Numbered from the stretch's first letter, positions 37,235 through 47,009 are shown. The stretch is 64,000 bases of DNA from Candidatus Uhrbacteria bacterium (GCA_016187485.1 JACPJO010000001.1:6195-70194); one strand, 5' to 3'. Notes: generated by a model from the letters alone, not told the origin. Numbers and translations: made by a program.

Positions 37235-38518
37235 ATGAAGCATCTTTTTTCCTTCATGGTTCTTGGTCTATTCCTCTTTGCTCGACCGGTCTTTGCGACG
37301 GTTGTCGGCTCGTTTGTGGGGTTGGAAGAAGATGTGCAATTCGATGCTATCTGGGTCTACGAAAATGACGATATTACGCTAATTTTAGACCCGATAAATG
37401 CGGGTGCCAGCCTCTATACAATCTTTGTTGGCGACGCGGATGCAGCCGGGTGTACCGTCCATTTGACGCATGTTTCAAGCGGGATAGCATCTCCGGCCGA
37501 GTATATCGCGCTTGGCACGGTTATCGAGTTAAGCTCTATCCAGATCGGGATTTTCGAGATCAATACGAACACGACGGTTCCGCGCTGTCACGTGGGCTAT
37601 AACTTTACTACTTTGGGACCGGTGGATGGGGCGCCCGCTGCTCCAAACGAGCCGGAAGAGGCGCCGCCGGTGAGTGAGCCAGAGAGCGAAGACGAGCCCG
37701 AAGAGGTGTCTCAAGAAATTACAACATGCGCAGATACGGACGGCGGGAGTGAACGCTATGTGGCGGGAGCCATCACGCACTCGGGCAACGCGACGTTTGC
37801 GGGGGTGCCCAATCCTGCAGCGGACTTCTGTCTTAACGCGAACATCCTCCGTGAATATTATTGTACGCCCAACGAAGTGAACGGCTCACATGTCTCAACA
37901 ATCACATGCGCCAACGGATGTGCCGCGGGACGATGTCTCACCGATGCGGATGTGGCGCTTGCCGAACCGGACCCAGAAGAAGATCTTGGTCCCTTCGTTT
38001 CCTGCACCGACTCCGATGGGGGCGTTTCGCCGCATCAAGCTGGTTCGGTGAGTGCCGAGTATGATCGCGCTCTACCGCAAACGTACGTGGATATTTGTAG
38101 TGGAGATACGCTTACCGAGTACGCGTGCAATGCTCATGCGGGGGAAGTGCAGACGGTTTCGTATACGTGTCCCGGCGGCTGTAACGATGGGAAGTGTCTT
38201 ACGAATATGTGTCAGGATGACGACGGCGGAGACAAAAAATTCATCTTCGGACGCATGACGCACGACTTGGCCACGCTTCCGTCGCCTGTGTTTGACACGT
38301 GCACATCGAACAACAAAATCATGGAGTACACCTGCAATGCGAACTTCAACGACGGAAATCCGGAAAATGATAATGCCCGTCCGCGCACGTGCGCGCTCGG
38401 CTGTCTTACGGTGACATCGGACGCGGGGACGGTGAGCCGGTGTAAAAAGTTGGCCGATCTGTCCATCGCCGTTTCAGTGCAAAGTGCATTTTCGTGGCTG
38501 GTGAATCTGTTTAATTAG
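37235..38518 (+). CDS. Secreted protein with three tandem six-cysteine modules (C-x-D-x-D-G-G ... EY-x-C ... C-x-x-G-C-x-x-G-x-C-L)
   Basis: Signal peptide MKHLFSFMVLGLFLFARPVFA; beta-rich N-domain; acidic Pro/Glu linker; three ~70-aa Cys repeats aligned by eye. Confidence 0.5.
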   Translation: MKHLFSFMVLGLFLFARPVFATVVGSFVGLEEDVQFDAIWVYENDDITLILDPINAGASLYTIFVGDADAAGCTVHLTHVSSGIASPAEYIALGTVIELSSIQIGIFEINTNTTVPRCHVGYNFTTLGPVDGAPAAPNEPEEAPPVSEPESEDEPEEVSQEITTCADTDGGSERYVAGAITHSGNATFAGVPNPAADFCLNANILREYYCTPNEVNGSHVSTITCANGCAAGRCLTDADVALAEPDPEEDLGPFVSCTDSDGGVSPHQAGSVSAEYDRALPQTYVDICSGDTLTEYACNAHAGEVQTVSYTCPGGCNDGKCLTNMCQDDDGGDKKFIFGRMTHDLATLPSPVFDTCTSNNKIMEYTCNANFNDGNPENDNARPRTCALGCLTVTSDAGTVSRCKKLADLSIAVSVQSAFSWLVNLFN

Positions 38519-38551
38519 TTGCTGAGTTACCTTGTTGCCGAGTGGTTCTGT

Positions 38552-40300
38552 ATGAACAAACGAGTTCTGCAAATTTATGTTGCGCATGCTCTGCGCTACC
38601 CCTGGAGCGTGACGGCTCTTTTGTTTGTCATTGTTGCTGCGCAAGCGCTTCACTTACTGGTTCCGTGGCTCTACAAACGCTTCTTTGATCTTCTTTTTTC
38701 CGGCGCAACGCCCGCCGTCCTTGCCCCGCAGCTTATCCAGATTCTTTTCTCTGTCTTTTTCTTAACACTTGGCGGATGGTTTTTGTGGCGTGCGTCTGGA
38801 TTTCTCACCGCCGTCCTTCACCCGAAGATCACCAAAGATCTTTACGAAACGGCGTTCCGTTACCTCTTGCACCACTCGTACCGGTTCTTTGCAAATCACT
38901 TTGGTGGGTCGTTGGTCCGCAAGGTCGGGCGTTTCACGCATGCGTTCCATAATCTTGCCGATCAACTACAGTGGAAGCTGATCCCGATTACCGTCACGAC
39001 GATCGGTGTTTTTATTGCATTGTTCCTCCGTCACCCGACTCTTGCGTGGATCCTCTTCGGTTGGCTGGTGGTCTTTATTCTGATGAACGCCGTTATTTCC
39101 AACTGGAAGCTTCGCTACGATAAGGAACGATCGGCGATTGACTCGGAAGTGACCGGGGCGCTCGCGGATGCGCTCACCAACAGTATTACGGTCAAGACTT
39201 TCGCGGGGTATACATATGAGGAAAGATTATTTCAGAATATTCTGGAGCGCTTTCGGCGCATCTGGAAGTTTTGCTGGAATTTGGCCGAGATCAACATGGC
39301 TGTGCAGACGTTTCTCATGATTCTGCTTGAACTTGGCATGATGTGGATGGCGGTATCACTGTGGACAAAGGGCCTACTGACAGCCGGCGACTTTGCGCTT
39401 TTGCAGGCATATCTTATCCGCATCATTGATACGATGTGGGACTTGGGACACGTATTCCGTGACATCTACGAGCAAGTTGCTGATGCGTCCGAAATGGCGG
39501 AGATCATTGATACGACGCCGGAAGTAGGGGACAAACCCAGAGCTAAGGCTCTTGCGGTGCGGCACGGGGAAATCCAGTTTGATCACGTAGTCTTCAGCTA
39601 CAGGAAGACGCGGCCGATTTTGAATGACCTAGACTTAACGATCAAGGCCGGTGAGAAAGTGGCGCTTGTGGGACCGTCGGGAGCAGGGAAGTCTACGGTT
39701 ACGAAACTCATGTTCCGATTCTTCGATCTGGATGCGGGCGCCATTCGCATCGATGGACAATCTGTGGCGGATGTGACGCTCGAGAGTTTGTGGGAGCATA
39801 TCGGTTTGGTGCCGCAAGAACCGATTCTTTTCCACAGGACGCTCATGGAGAATATTCGCTATGGACGGCGTACGGCCACGGACGAGGAGGTCGTCCAGGC
39901 GGCGAAGAAGGCACGATGCCACGAATTTATTGTAGCTCTGCCGAATGGGTACGGCACCTTTGTGGGCGAGCGCGGAGTGAAACTCTCCGGCGGGGAGCGC
40001 CAGCGCGTTGCCATTGCGCGAGCGATTCTCAAAGACGCACCGATTCTCGTGCTTGATGAAGCGACGTCGAGTCTCGACTCGGAATCGGAAGCGATGATTC
40101 AGGAGGCTTTGCGCGCGCTCATGAAGGGAAAAACGACGATGGTTATTGCCCACCGCCTTTCCACCATCATGCAGATGGACAGGATTGTGGTTATGGAGGG
40201 GGGAAAGATGGCGGACGAGGGGACGCATGCCGAGCTTCTCAAACGTCACGGAACCTACAAAAAGCTTTGGGAAATTCAAGCGGGCGGTTTTGTACATTGA
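38552..40300 (+). CDS. ABC transporter, fused permease/ATPase (MsbA-like exporter)
   Basis: 6-TM N-half; Walker A GPSGAGKST; signature LSGGERQRVAIARA; Walker B ILVLDEATS. Confidence 0.85.
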   Translation: MNKRVLQIYVAHALRYPWSVTALLFVIVAAQALHLLVPWLYKRFFDLLFSGATPAVLAPQLIQILFSVFFLTLGGWFLWRASGFLTAVLHPKITKDLYETAFRYLLHHSYRFFANHFGGSLVRKVGRFTHAFHNLADQLQWKLIPITVTTIGVFIALFLRHPTLAWILFGWLVVFILMNAVISNWKLRYDKERSAIDSEVTGALADALTNSITVKTFAGYTYEERLFQNILERFRRIWKFCWNLAEINMAVQTFLMILLELGMMWMAVSLWTKGLLTAGDFALLQAYLIRIIDTMWDLGHVFRDIYEQVADASEMAEIIDTTPEVGDKPRAKALAVRHGEIQFDHVVFSYRKTRPILNDLDLTIKAGEKVALVGPSGAGKSTVTKLMFRFFDLDAGAIRIDGQSVADVTLESLWEHIGLVPQEPILFHRTLMENIRYGRRTATDEEVVQAAKKARCHEFIVALPNGYGTFVGERGVKLSGGERQRVAIARAILKDAPILVLDEATSSLDSESEAMIQEALRALMKGKTTMVIAHRLSTIMQMDRIVVMEGGKMADEGTHAELLKRHGTYKKLWEIQAGGFVH

Positions 40301-40358
40301 CGTGTTCTTCACGATGTGCAAATCTACGCTCTTCTTTGAGGCGATGCCGCTTTAAAGA

Positions 40359-41120
40359 ATGGAGGGTTCATCCATGAGGCCTATCGTTTTTCTCCCCGGG
40401 GCCTGGGGCAACCGAGATCAAGCCATCGGATACTGGACGCGACGCATCCGCGAAGGGCTTTCACCTCCTGCTTTGCACTCGTTCATTCCGATGGGCTACG
40501 ATCGCGATGCGCGCACGCAGAAGCAGGTCGTTCGGCACCTCATCGAGGGCATTCGGCGCAGTGTCGGCGTGTTCGAGATCCGATCCGGCGTGGACGTCAT
40601 CGCCTACTCGTGGGGGGCGTACTTGGCCTGCATGGTCGGCACGCTCCAGCCCGGAATCATCCGGCGTGCCGTCTTCATCTCGGGGATGCCGCACATCGGG
40701 TTCGGGCTCTGCAACACCCTGCGTTTTGCACGAGCGGCACCCAGCTGTCTCTTCGCGGCGCTGGGAGGCTCCTTCGCCCTGCGCAGCACGCAGGAGGTCC
40801 ACCGATGCTTCTTCCCCGGGGTCGTTCCAGATGACGGACTCGAGGGGGAGGTTCTCGCGCATATGCATCCCGAGCGCACCTCTGCGATCCTGCAGCTTCT
40901 GCCGGGACCGCAGCAGATACGGGCTGAATCGCCGATCTTCCGTGTGCTCGCTCTGCGCGCGCCAGACAGACAGGACGTCTTCAGCGCTGGCGCCAACTAC
41001 CAGGGAGGCGTGGACGTGACGTGCAAGGTCATGCCTGACTGGACACACGGGACAATCCTCACATCGGCGATGAGCGACGTGACACATCGTGTCATCGAGC
41101 CCTGGTTCACCGCTCGCTAG
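40359..41120 (+). CDS. alpha/beta-hydrolase fold protein
   Basis: Nucleophile elbow AYSWGA; GC-richer than neighbouring genes. Confidence 0.55.
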   Translation: MEGSSMRPIVFLPGAWGNRDQAIGYWTRRIREGLSPPALHSFIPMGYDRDARTQKQVVRHLIEGIRRSVGVFEIRSGVDVIAYSWGAYLACMVGTLQPGIIRRAVFISGMPHIGFGLCNTLRFARAAPSCLFAALGGSFALRSTQEVHRCFFPGVVPDDGLEGEVLAHMHPERTSAILQLLPGPQQIRAESPIFRVLALRAPDRQDVFSAGANYQGGVDVTCKVMPDWTHGTILTSAMSDVTHRVIEPWFTAR

Positions 41121-41137
41121 GACATCTTCTCTTCTCT

Positions 41138-41165
41138 GCCAGGCCTAAGGCCTGGTTTCTGTTTG
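41138..41165 (+). terminator. intrinsic terminator
   Basis: GCCAGGCC-taa-GGCCTGG followed by TTTCTGTTTG. Confidence 0.55.
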
Positions 41166-41212
41166 ACTTCCTCTTTTTGCTCGCGTACTGTCTTGCACGG
41201 AGGTTATGTCGG

Positions 41213-42052
41213 ATGACACGACAAGAAATCTGCGACAGTGTCGGACGTGAACACGCCAATACGGTCACGCGCCGTCTCGAGAAGGCGGGGCTTCCGTGCC
41301 CCCGTCTCGCGATTCAACTCGGTGACGGGTTCGAACTCTCCGAGTTCAAGCAGGTGCAGTCCTTCCCCCTTCGGGAGACCTTCTCGGGACTCCATGACCT
41401 TCCCGAGTTGGACCCGCCGCGCGCAATTTCCTACGGCTTCCTGCCCTGGGACATTCCGGTCCTGGTGACTCCTCGCATCTCGCTTCACGAGCGCAATCCC
41501 GTGACGGGTCGCGGTGACGCGCGCAACTGGGTGCGACTCCTCAACGACACCCTTGTCTTCGCAGGGTGCACGCGGCTTGTCATCCTCACGGAGGCGGGAA
41601 GCATCAATGCATTCATCCCGGGCGATCTCGTCACCGTGCGGAGCGTCTCCACCATCTTCATGCGCGACTGGCCGATGTACCAGGGGGAGGCCTGCCAGCC
41701 TGACCGGGCGCTTTCCCGGGAACTGGCATTGGTCGCCACGCAGGCATCCATTCAAGCGGACGTGGATCTCAAGATGGGCAAGCATGTGTACTGGCACGGG
41801 CCTGGCATCGAGACGGAGGACGACAAGCGCATCATCCGGCAGCTGACGGCGGCTGAGCTCATCAGTATGTCGGTGCTGCCCGACCTCGCGGTGTGGGCTT
41901 TGCATCCGGACACGGCCGTTCTTCCTCTGGCACTTGTCACGAACGGCATCAACAACCCGTTCAATCTCGAGCACAACCAGCGTCACGTGGCGGAAAGCAA
42001 AGAGAGGATCACACCGATCCTCTCGAAGCTCATCCCGCTCCTGGCACGCTAG
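41213..42052 (+). CDS. Purine nucleoside / MTA phosphorylase family protein (divergent motifs)
   Basis: RISLHE ~ GRfHlYEG; VILTEAGSINAFIPGDLV ~ lvTNAAGgLn..f.vGDlm; GGAGG 9 nt before the ATG at 41213. Confidence 0.45.
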   Translation: MTRQEICDSVGREHANTVTRRLEKAGLPCPRLAIQLGDGFELSEFKQVQSFPLRETFSGLHDLPELDPPRAISYGFLPWDIPVLVTPRISLHERNPVTGRGDARNWVRLLNDTLVFAGCTRLVILTEAGSINAFIPGDLVTVRSVSTIFMRDWPMYQGEACQPDRALSRELALVATQASIQADVDLKMGKHVYWHGPGIETEDDKRIIRQLTAAELISMSVLPDLAVWALHPDTAVLPLALVTNGINNPFNLEHNQRHVAESKERITPILSKLIPLLAR

Positions 42053-42094
42053 TCGATGTTCTTTCTTCCCGGGGCGCGCGTATACGCGCTCTTT

Positions 42095-42859
42095 CTATTT
42101 ATCTATAGAGTAGGTGAGATACACAATCATAGTCCCCTCAATCGTTCCCGGTGCAATATCAGGCGCCGCACCGCCGCCTCCCATCCCAAGACTTTCCCTC
42201 GCGTAGTACATCGGCGGCACGCCCTCATTGAACCCCTCACTATAGCCCACGATTTTCATGTTTTTGAGTTCGAGGCTTGTGCGGATGATCTCGGCTTGCT
42301 CTTTGGCTTTTTCGATCGCCTCTTTACGCGCGACATCTTTGGCATCGGTTGAATCGTCTACGGTTAAGTTTGGTCCGGAGATGCTCGTGGCCCCGTTTTT
42401 GCCAGCCATCGCAAGAAGCGGCGAGACTTTGCCTGTGTCGCGCACCTTCACCGTAATAGTTTGACTTACTATCCAACCAACGGATTCCAACTCATTCTTC
42501 TCTTGATTCCAGCGGTTATCTTCGTACACGTTGTATTGGCTAGTTTGCACATCGGCCTCGGGAATGCCAAGCTCCTTGATCTTCTGCAAGAGAGTGTTAC
42601 CGATCTGTGTGTTTTTCTCTTGCGCCGCAGCGACATCTTTTTCTTTTGTCTCTACGCCAAGCGTAACGGTGGCAATGTCGGGCACCTGACCCACCCGCGC
42701 CTCGCCGGTCACGGTGATTTGGTGCTCATAGGGAACAGGCTTACCGATCTCTCTGGCCTTAAGAAGGCTCAAGAGGGATGAGACTGCAAGAAAGAGCGCG
42801 AGCAGGATAATGGCCGCGTAGAGCGCACGCTCCATGCGTGGTTGGTCGGAGAAATTCAT
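42095..42859 (-). CDS. SIMPL (DUF541) domain protein, membrane-anchored
   Basis: N-terminal TM, then pattern typical of the 26-kDa periplasmic immunogenic protein family. Confidence 0.65.
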   Translation of the reverse strand: MNFSDQPRMERALYAAIILLALFLAVSSLLSLLKAREIGKPVPYEHQITVTGEARVGQVPDIATVTLGVETKEKDVAAAQEKNTQIGNTLLQKIKELGIPEADVQTSQYNVYEDNRWNQEKNELESVGWIVSQTITVKVRDTGKVSPLLAMAGKNGATSISGPNLTVDDSTDAKDVARKEAIEKAKEQAEIIRTSLELKNMKIVGYSEGFNEGVPPMYYARESLGMGGGGAAPDIAPGTIEGTMIVYLTYSIDK

Positions 42860-42867
42860 AAAGAAAA

Positions 42868-43269
42868 TTAAAGTTTTTTACGGAAGAGACAAAGAGCCAC
42901 AAAACCGCCGATGCCGCCCAAGAACAGGTCGAGCATCGTGTCGCCAATCGAGACTTGCGACTTGGGCCAGTCAAAACGCGCGCCCACGGTGTTGTCGAGA
43001 ATGTACTCATGGAATTCCCACGCCACGGCAATAAGAAGGGTGAAACCGACCACAAACAGTGTGTGGTACCACCAGGGGTGTCCCGCCAAGTGGTGCTTGT
43101 CGGTCATGTGGTGGTGGATGGCAAGCCCTAGCATACCTATGGCAAAGCCGCCGGAAAAGTGCATGAGGCTATCGAACTCAAACACGGAGAAATACAGACC
43201 TGTGGTGATCGCGATGACATGGGTGACAAGAACGAGGGCGATGGTAAGAAAAGCGAATCGAAAGGGCAT
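42868..43269 (-). CDS. hypothetical His-rich polytopic membrane protein
   Basis: 4 TM helices; HHHMTDKHHLAGHPWW; start at MPFRFAFL. Confidence 0.4.
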   Translation of the reverse strand: MPFRFAFLTIALVLVTHVIAITTGLYFSVFEFDSLMHFSGGFAIGMLGLAIHHHMTDKHHLAGHPWWYHTLFVVGFTLLIAVAWEFHEYILDNTVGARFDWPKSQVSIGDTMLDLFLGGIGGFVALCLFRKKL

Positions 43270-43296
43270 AGAAGAACTACAGTATAGCACGAATCA

Positions 43297-43325
43297 TTGA
43301 CACGAAGGGCCCAAACCGCTATCAT
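43297..43325 (+). promoter_or_regulatory. sigma70-like promoter TTGACA-N17-TATCAT upstream of typA
   Basis: Exact consensus -35, 17-nt spacer; -10 ends 14 nt before the ATG, so there is little or no leader. Confidence 0.4.
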
Positions 43326-43339
43326 CCGCGCGTATTTCT

Positions 43340-45160
43340 ATGGAAAAACGCACAGACATCCGAAACGTGGCAATCATTGCCCATGTGGACCACGGCAAGA
43401 CGACGCTGGTGGACGCGCTTCTGAAACAGTCCAACACTTTCCGCAACGCCGAGGCCATGGGAACGACGATCATGGACTCAAACGAGCTCGAGCGCGAGCG
43501 CGGGATTACGATTTTCAGCAAGAATGCCGCCATCGTGTGGAATGGCGTGAAGATCAATATTGTAGATACGCCGGGGCACGCGGATTTCGGTGGCGAGGTG
43601 GAGCGCATTATGAGCATGGTGGACGGGTGTCTTCTGCTTGTTGACGCGAAGGAGGGGCCGATGCCGCAGACAAAATTCGTGTTGAAAAAAGCCATTGCAG
43701 CCGGACACAAAGTGGTGGTGGTTATCAACAAGATTGATAAGAAGGATGCGCGGCCCGAATGGGTTCTGAACAAGACGTTTGATCTGTTTGTAGATTTGGG
43801 AGCGACCGATGAGCAAGCGAACTTTCCGGTTATTTATGCCTCGGCTATCCAGGGACTTGCGGGGCGCACACCGGAGCTCTCTCTCATGAAAGATGTGACG
43901 GCGATTTACGAAACGATCGTGTCGGACATTCCTGGGCCCACTGTGGATGCAGACGGCCCCATGCAGATGTCGGTGGTGAACGTCCAATATGATGCGTATA
44001 AGGGCCGGCTTGCGGTAGGACGACTGGTGCGCGGCACGATGCAGACAGGACAAAGCGTGACGCACATCCACCGTGATGGCACACAAGCCGCAGGGAGGGT
44101 GACAACGATCGAGGTGTTTGCCGGATTGGCACGCACGTCGGCAGAGGAAGTCCACGCCGGGGATATTTTGGCAGTTGCGGGCATCGAAGATGTGGGGATT
44201 GGGGAAACACTCGCCGATGCGGAGGCGCCCGAGGCACTGCCGGTACTGGAAATTGAAGAACCTACCGTGAAGATGACGTTTGCCGTCAATACGTCGCCGT
44301 TTGCGGGGCGCGAAGGGGAGTTTGCGACTTCACGTCACTTGAAGGCGCGGCTCGACCGTGAGTTGCAGAATGATGTAGCGCTCCGTGTGGAGGAAGGAAG
44401 CGGCGAAGGAGCTTTTATTGTTTCCGGCCGCGGGGAACTTCACTTGGCGATCTTGATAGAAAAAATGCGTCGGGAAGGATATGAACTGCAGGTATCGCGT
44501 CCTCAAGTCATCATGAAGACCGTAAATAAGGTGGAGATGGAGCCATTCGAGCAGGTTTCCATCGAGGTGCCAGAAAACATGGCGGGCATTGTGATTGAGC
44601 ATATGGGCAAGCGCCGGGGAGAGATGAATGACATGAAGGTTGAGGGTCCAACCGCGTTTCTTGAATTTGAAATTCCTACGCGCGGGCTCATCGGATTTCG
44701 TAATGAGTTTCTTACCGACACGAAGGGGCAGGGGATCATGAACAGTCTGCTGTTGGGGTACCGTCCACGGACGGGCGAGGTGGCGACGGGGGTGCACGGG
44801 TCCATGATTTCGATGGAGAATGGAGCTACGATGGGGTATGCGCTGACGAATTTGCAAGAGCGCGGGATGCTCTTCTTGGGGCCGGGGGTTGAGGTATACG
44901 AAGGCATGGTTGTGGGGGAACACTCGCGTCCTGAAGATATTGAGGTCAATCCCTGTAAAGAAAAAAAACTGAGCAATATGCGCAGCAAAGGGGACGGCGT
45001 GTCCGTCGGCCTCGCGCCGTACCGCGATATGACGCTCGAGCAATGCTTGGAGTATATTGGAGACGATGAACTGGTCGAGGTGACCCCGAAAAATATTCGT
45101 ATGCGAAAGGCCATCCTTGTATCTCACCTTCGCCGCCGCGCGAATGCGGCGGCTCTGTAA
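43340..45160 (+). CDS. typA: Translational GTPase TypA/BipA
   Basis: Full-length similarity: AIIAHVDHGKTTL, DTPGHADF, NKIDK. Confidence 0.9.
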   Translation: MEKRTDIRNVAIIAHVDHGKTTLVDALLKQSNTFRNAEAMGTTIMDSNELERERGITIFSKNAAIVWNGVKINIVDTPGHADFGGEVERIMSMVDGCLLLVDAKEGPMPQTKFVLKKAIAAGHKVVVVINKIDKKDARPEWVLNKTFDLFVDLGATDEQANFPVIYASAIQGLAGRTPELSLMKDVTAIYETIVSDIPGPTVDADGPMQMSVVNVQYDAYKGRLAVGRLVRGTMQTGQSVTHIHRDGTQAAGRVTTIEVFAGLARTSAEEVHAGDILAVAGIEDVGIGETLADAEAPEALPVLEIEEPTVKMTFAVNTSPFAGREGEFATSRHLKARLDRELQNDVALRVEEGSGEGAFIVSGRGELHLAILIEKMRREGYELQVSRPQVIMKTVNKVEMEPFEQVSIEVPENMAGIVIEHMGKRRGEMNDMKVEGPTAFLEFEIPTRGLIGFRNEFLTDTKGQGIMNSLLLGYRPRTGEVATGVHGSMISMENGATMGYALTNLQERGMLFLGPGVEVYEGMVVGEHSRPEDIEVNPCKEKKLSNMRSKGDGVSVGLAPYRDMTLEQCLEYIGDDELVEVTPKNIRMRKAILVSHLRRRANAAAL

Positions 45161-45164
45161 CGTC

Positions 45165-45863
45165 ATGGACACTGTTCGGCTGAACAAATTTTTGGTAGAT
45201 GCGGGCGTGTGCTCGCGGCGCGAGGCCGACCGGCTGATTGAGGCTGGCAAAGTAAAGGTGAATGGCGCACCGGCTGTTCTTGGGCAAAAAGTTCTCCCGA
45301 CCGACCACGTACGCGTGCTTGGGCGGACGGCGCACATAAAAAGAGAGCGCGTGTATTTGGCGTATCACAAACCTGTAGGGGTGATTTGCACAAGCGATCC
45401 CACCGCGCGTGACAATATTATTGAGGCCGTGGGGTATCCCGATCGTGTATTTCATATCGGACGTTTGGACGTGGCCTCATCTGGACTCATCCTTCTCACC
45501 AATGATGGGGGAATTGTGAATAAAATCTTGCGCGCGGAAGGGAAGCATGAAAAAGAATACATCGTGCGCGTGGAACGCCCGATCACGGCTGCGTTTGTGG
45601 AGCGGATGCAGAAAGGGGTGATGCTCGATGGGCAGAAGACGCTTCCCGCAAAGGTTGCGCGTATGGGAGCGGATATTTTTTCTCTCACGCTTGTGGAGGG
45701 ACGCAATCGCCAAATCCGCCGCATGTGCGAAGCGCTTGGATTCAAGACCGTGTCTCTTAAGCGCATCCGTGTGATGCACATCACGCTCGACAACCTCCCG
45801 CCCGGCAAGTGGCGCATGCTCACCGATGAAGAGCGCCAAAAACTCCTCGCGCGCGTGGTCTAG
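45165..45863 (+). CDS. Pseudouridine synthase, RsuA/RluB family (S4 domain plus catalytic domain)
   Basis: RLNKFL...SRREADRLI S4 motif; catalytic HIGRLDVASSGLILLTNDG; start at MDTVRL. Confidence 0.7.
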   Translation: MDTVRLNKFLVDAGVCSRREADRLIEAGKVKVNGAPAVLGQKVLPTDHVRVLGRTAHIKRERVYLAYHKPVGVICTSDPTARDNIIEAVGYPDRVFHIGRLDVASSGLILLTNDGGIVNKILRAEGKHEKEYIVRVERPITAAFVERMQKGVMLDGQKTLPAKVARMGADIFSLTLVEGRNRQIRRMCEALGFKTVSLKRIRVMHITLDNLPPGKWRMLTDEERQKLLARVV

Positions 45864-46539
45864 CGTGAGTGGCTTTTGCGAGGCCTGCCGTATGGCTCGC
45901 GAGGACATCCATACTGTCAACGATGTTCTCCCCGGACATGCAGGCGAGTTGGAGATCCGTGCATCCCAAGACTATGTGCGTGTTACCGATACGCGCAAGC
46001 ATATTTTGCAGAAATTCTCCACACATACCCCCTCCATGCTTGCCGAGTAGTCCCATGATTGCCTGATCCAACAGACACTGATCGGCCGGGTGGGGAAGAG
46101 ACACCGCGACGTGATGTTTGGCTAAGGCATGTTGGTACAATCCGGTCGCTCTGGTGCGGCTGGTCATAAGAACGGTACACGATGTCCACCCGCGCCGCGC
46201 AACTTCGGCGGCGGTCAGCTCAATGATATTCGTGAGAGGGATGGGACTTGTCGCTTGCAGCGATTCGTAGAACTCGTGCACCGTGTTGCAAGGAATAACA
46301 ATGTGCGTGCAGCCAGCACGTGCAAGCCGTTCTTGTCCTTGAGAGAGGCGATGAAAATAGTAGGACGTGTGTTGTCCGCTCGCGATGTATTCTTTTTCTT
46401 TTTGAAGGTTGAGCGGCAAACTCCAAATACACACGGCGGGACGCGACGTCGTAGTAGCTTTATGGATGAGAGATTGGTAGAACTTGGCGGTTGTTTCTGG
46501 GCCGAGGCCTCCTAAGACGCCAACGATAGGTTTTTTCAT
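45820..46539 (-). CDS. Aspartate/glutamate racemase family protein
   Basis: GVLGGLGPETTAKFY, IPCNTVH and LGCTDL motifs. Confidence 0.7.
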   Translation of the reverse strand: MKKPIVGVLGGLGPETTAKFYQSLIHKATTTSRPAVCIWSLPLNLQKEKEYIASGQHTSYYFHRLSQGQERLARAGCTHIVIPCNTVHEFYESLQATSPIPLTNIIELTAAEVARRGWTSCTVLMTSRTRATGLYQHALAKHHVAVSLPHPADQCLLDQAIMGLLGKHGGGMCGEFLQNMLARIGNTHIVLGCTDLQLACMSGENIVDSMDVLASHTAGLAKATHARPRARGVFGALHR

Positions 46540-46706
46540 AGGTAATGATGTTCATGCAAAACAAAAACGCCCCAATTGGGCGCTGGCTTGCAGGAACGCA
46601 AACAACGCCCAATCAGGGCGAGGTATAGAATATTTGGTGACAATTTACGAACATACTACATGGACTTTAACACAAACACTTTAAAAACTCCAAGCCAGGA
46701 GCGCTG

Positions 46707-46850
46707 TCATTTCTCTTTTGGCGTCTCCACCGTTACCCACGTATCATCTTCCGCACATTTATACACGACGCGATCATATGTATTCCCGCCGCCCGTGCTC
46801 GTATCTTGGCGGTCGAAAGCCATAGTGCGACTGCAGGTTGGACATTGCAT
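46707..46850 (-). CDS. candidate small Cys-containing protein (47 aa) MQCPTCSRTMAFDRQDTSTGGGNTYDRVVYKCAEDDTWVTVETPKEK
   Basis: Below the 60-aa cutoff of the ORF track; followed on the minus strand by two tandem hairpin+T-run terminators (46556-46625); CPxC ... KC zinc-ribbon-like spacing. Confidence 0.25.
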   Translation of the reverse strand: MQCPTCSRTMAFDRQDTSTGGGNTYDRVVYKCAEDDTWVTVETPKEK

Positions 46851-46886
46851 ACTTTCTTATGTTACCTTTCTTGCGCAAACACGCAT

Positions 46887-46960
46887 AGGGGTGTAGTGAA
46901 ATGGTATCACGAAGGTCTCCAAAACCTTTATTCTGGGTTCGAGCCCCAGCGCCCCTGCCA
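46887..46960 (+). tRNA. tRNA-Trp(CCA)
   Basis: Acceptor AGGGGTG/CGCCCCT (one G-U), anticodon loop CTCCAAA, T-arm CTGGG-TTCGAGC-CCCAG, CCA encoded. Confidence 0.8.
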
Positions 46961-46961
46961 G

Positions 46962-46990
46962 AAAACTCCGAGTCCTTGACTCGGAGTTTT
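46962..46990. terminator. perfect 12-bp-stem bidirectional terminator
   Basis: AAAACTCCGAGT-ccttg-ACTCGGAGTTTT. Confidence 0.6.
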
Positions 46991-47009
46991 ATGATAGACT
47001 GTTTCCTGT

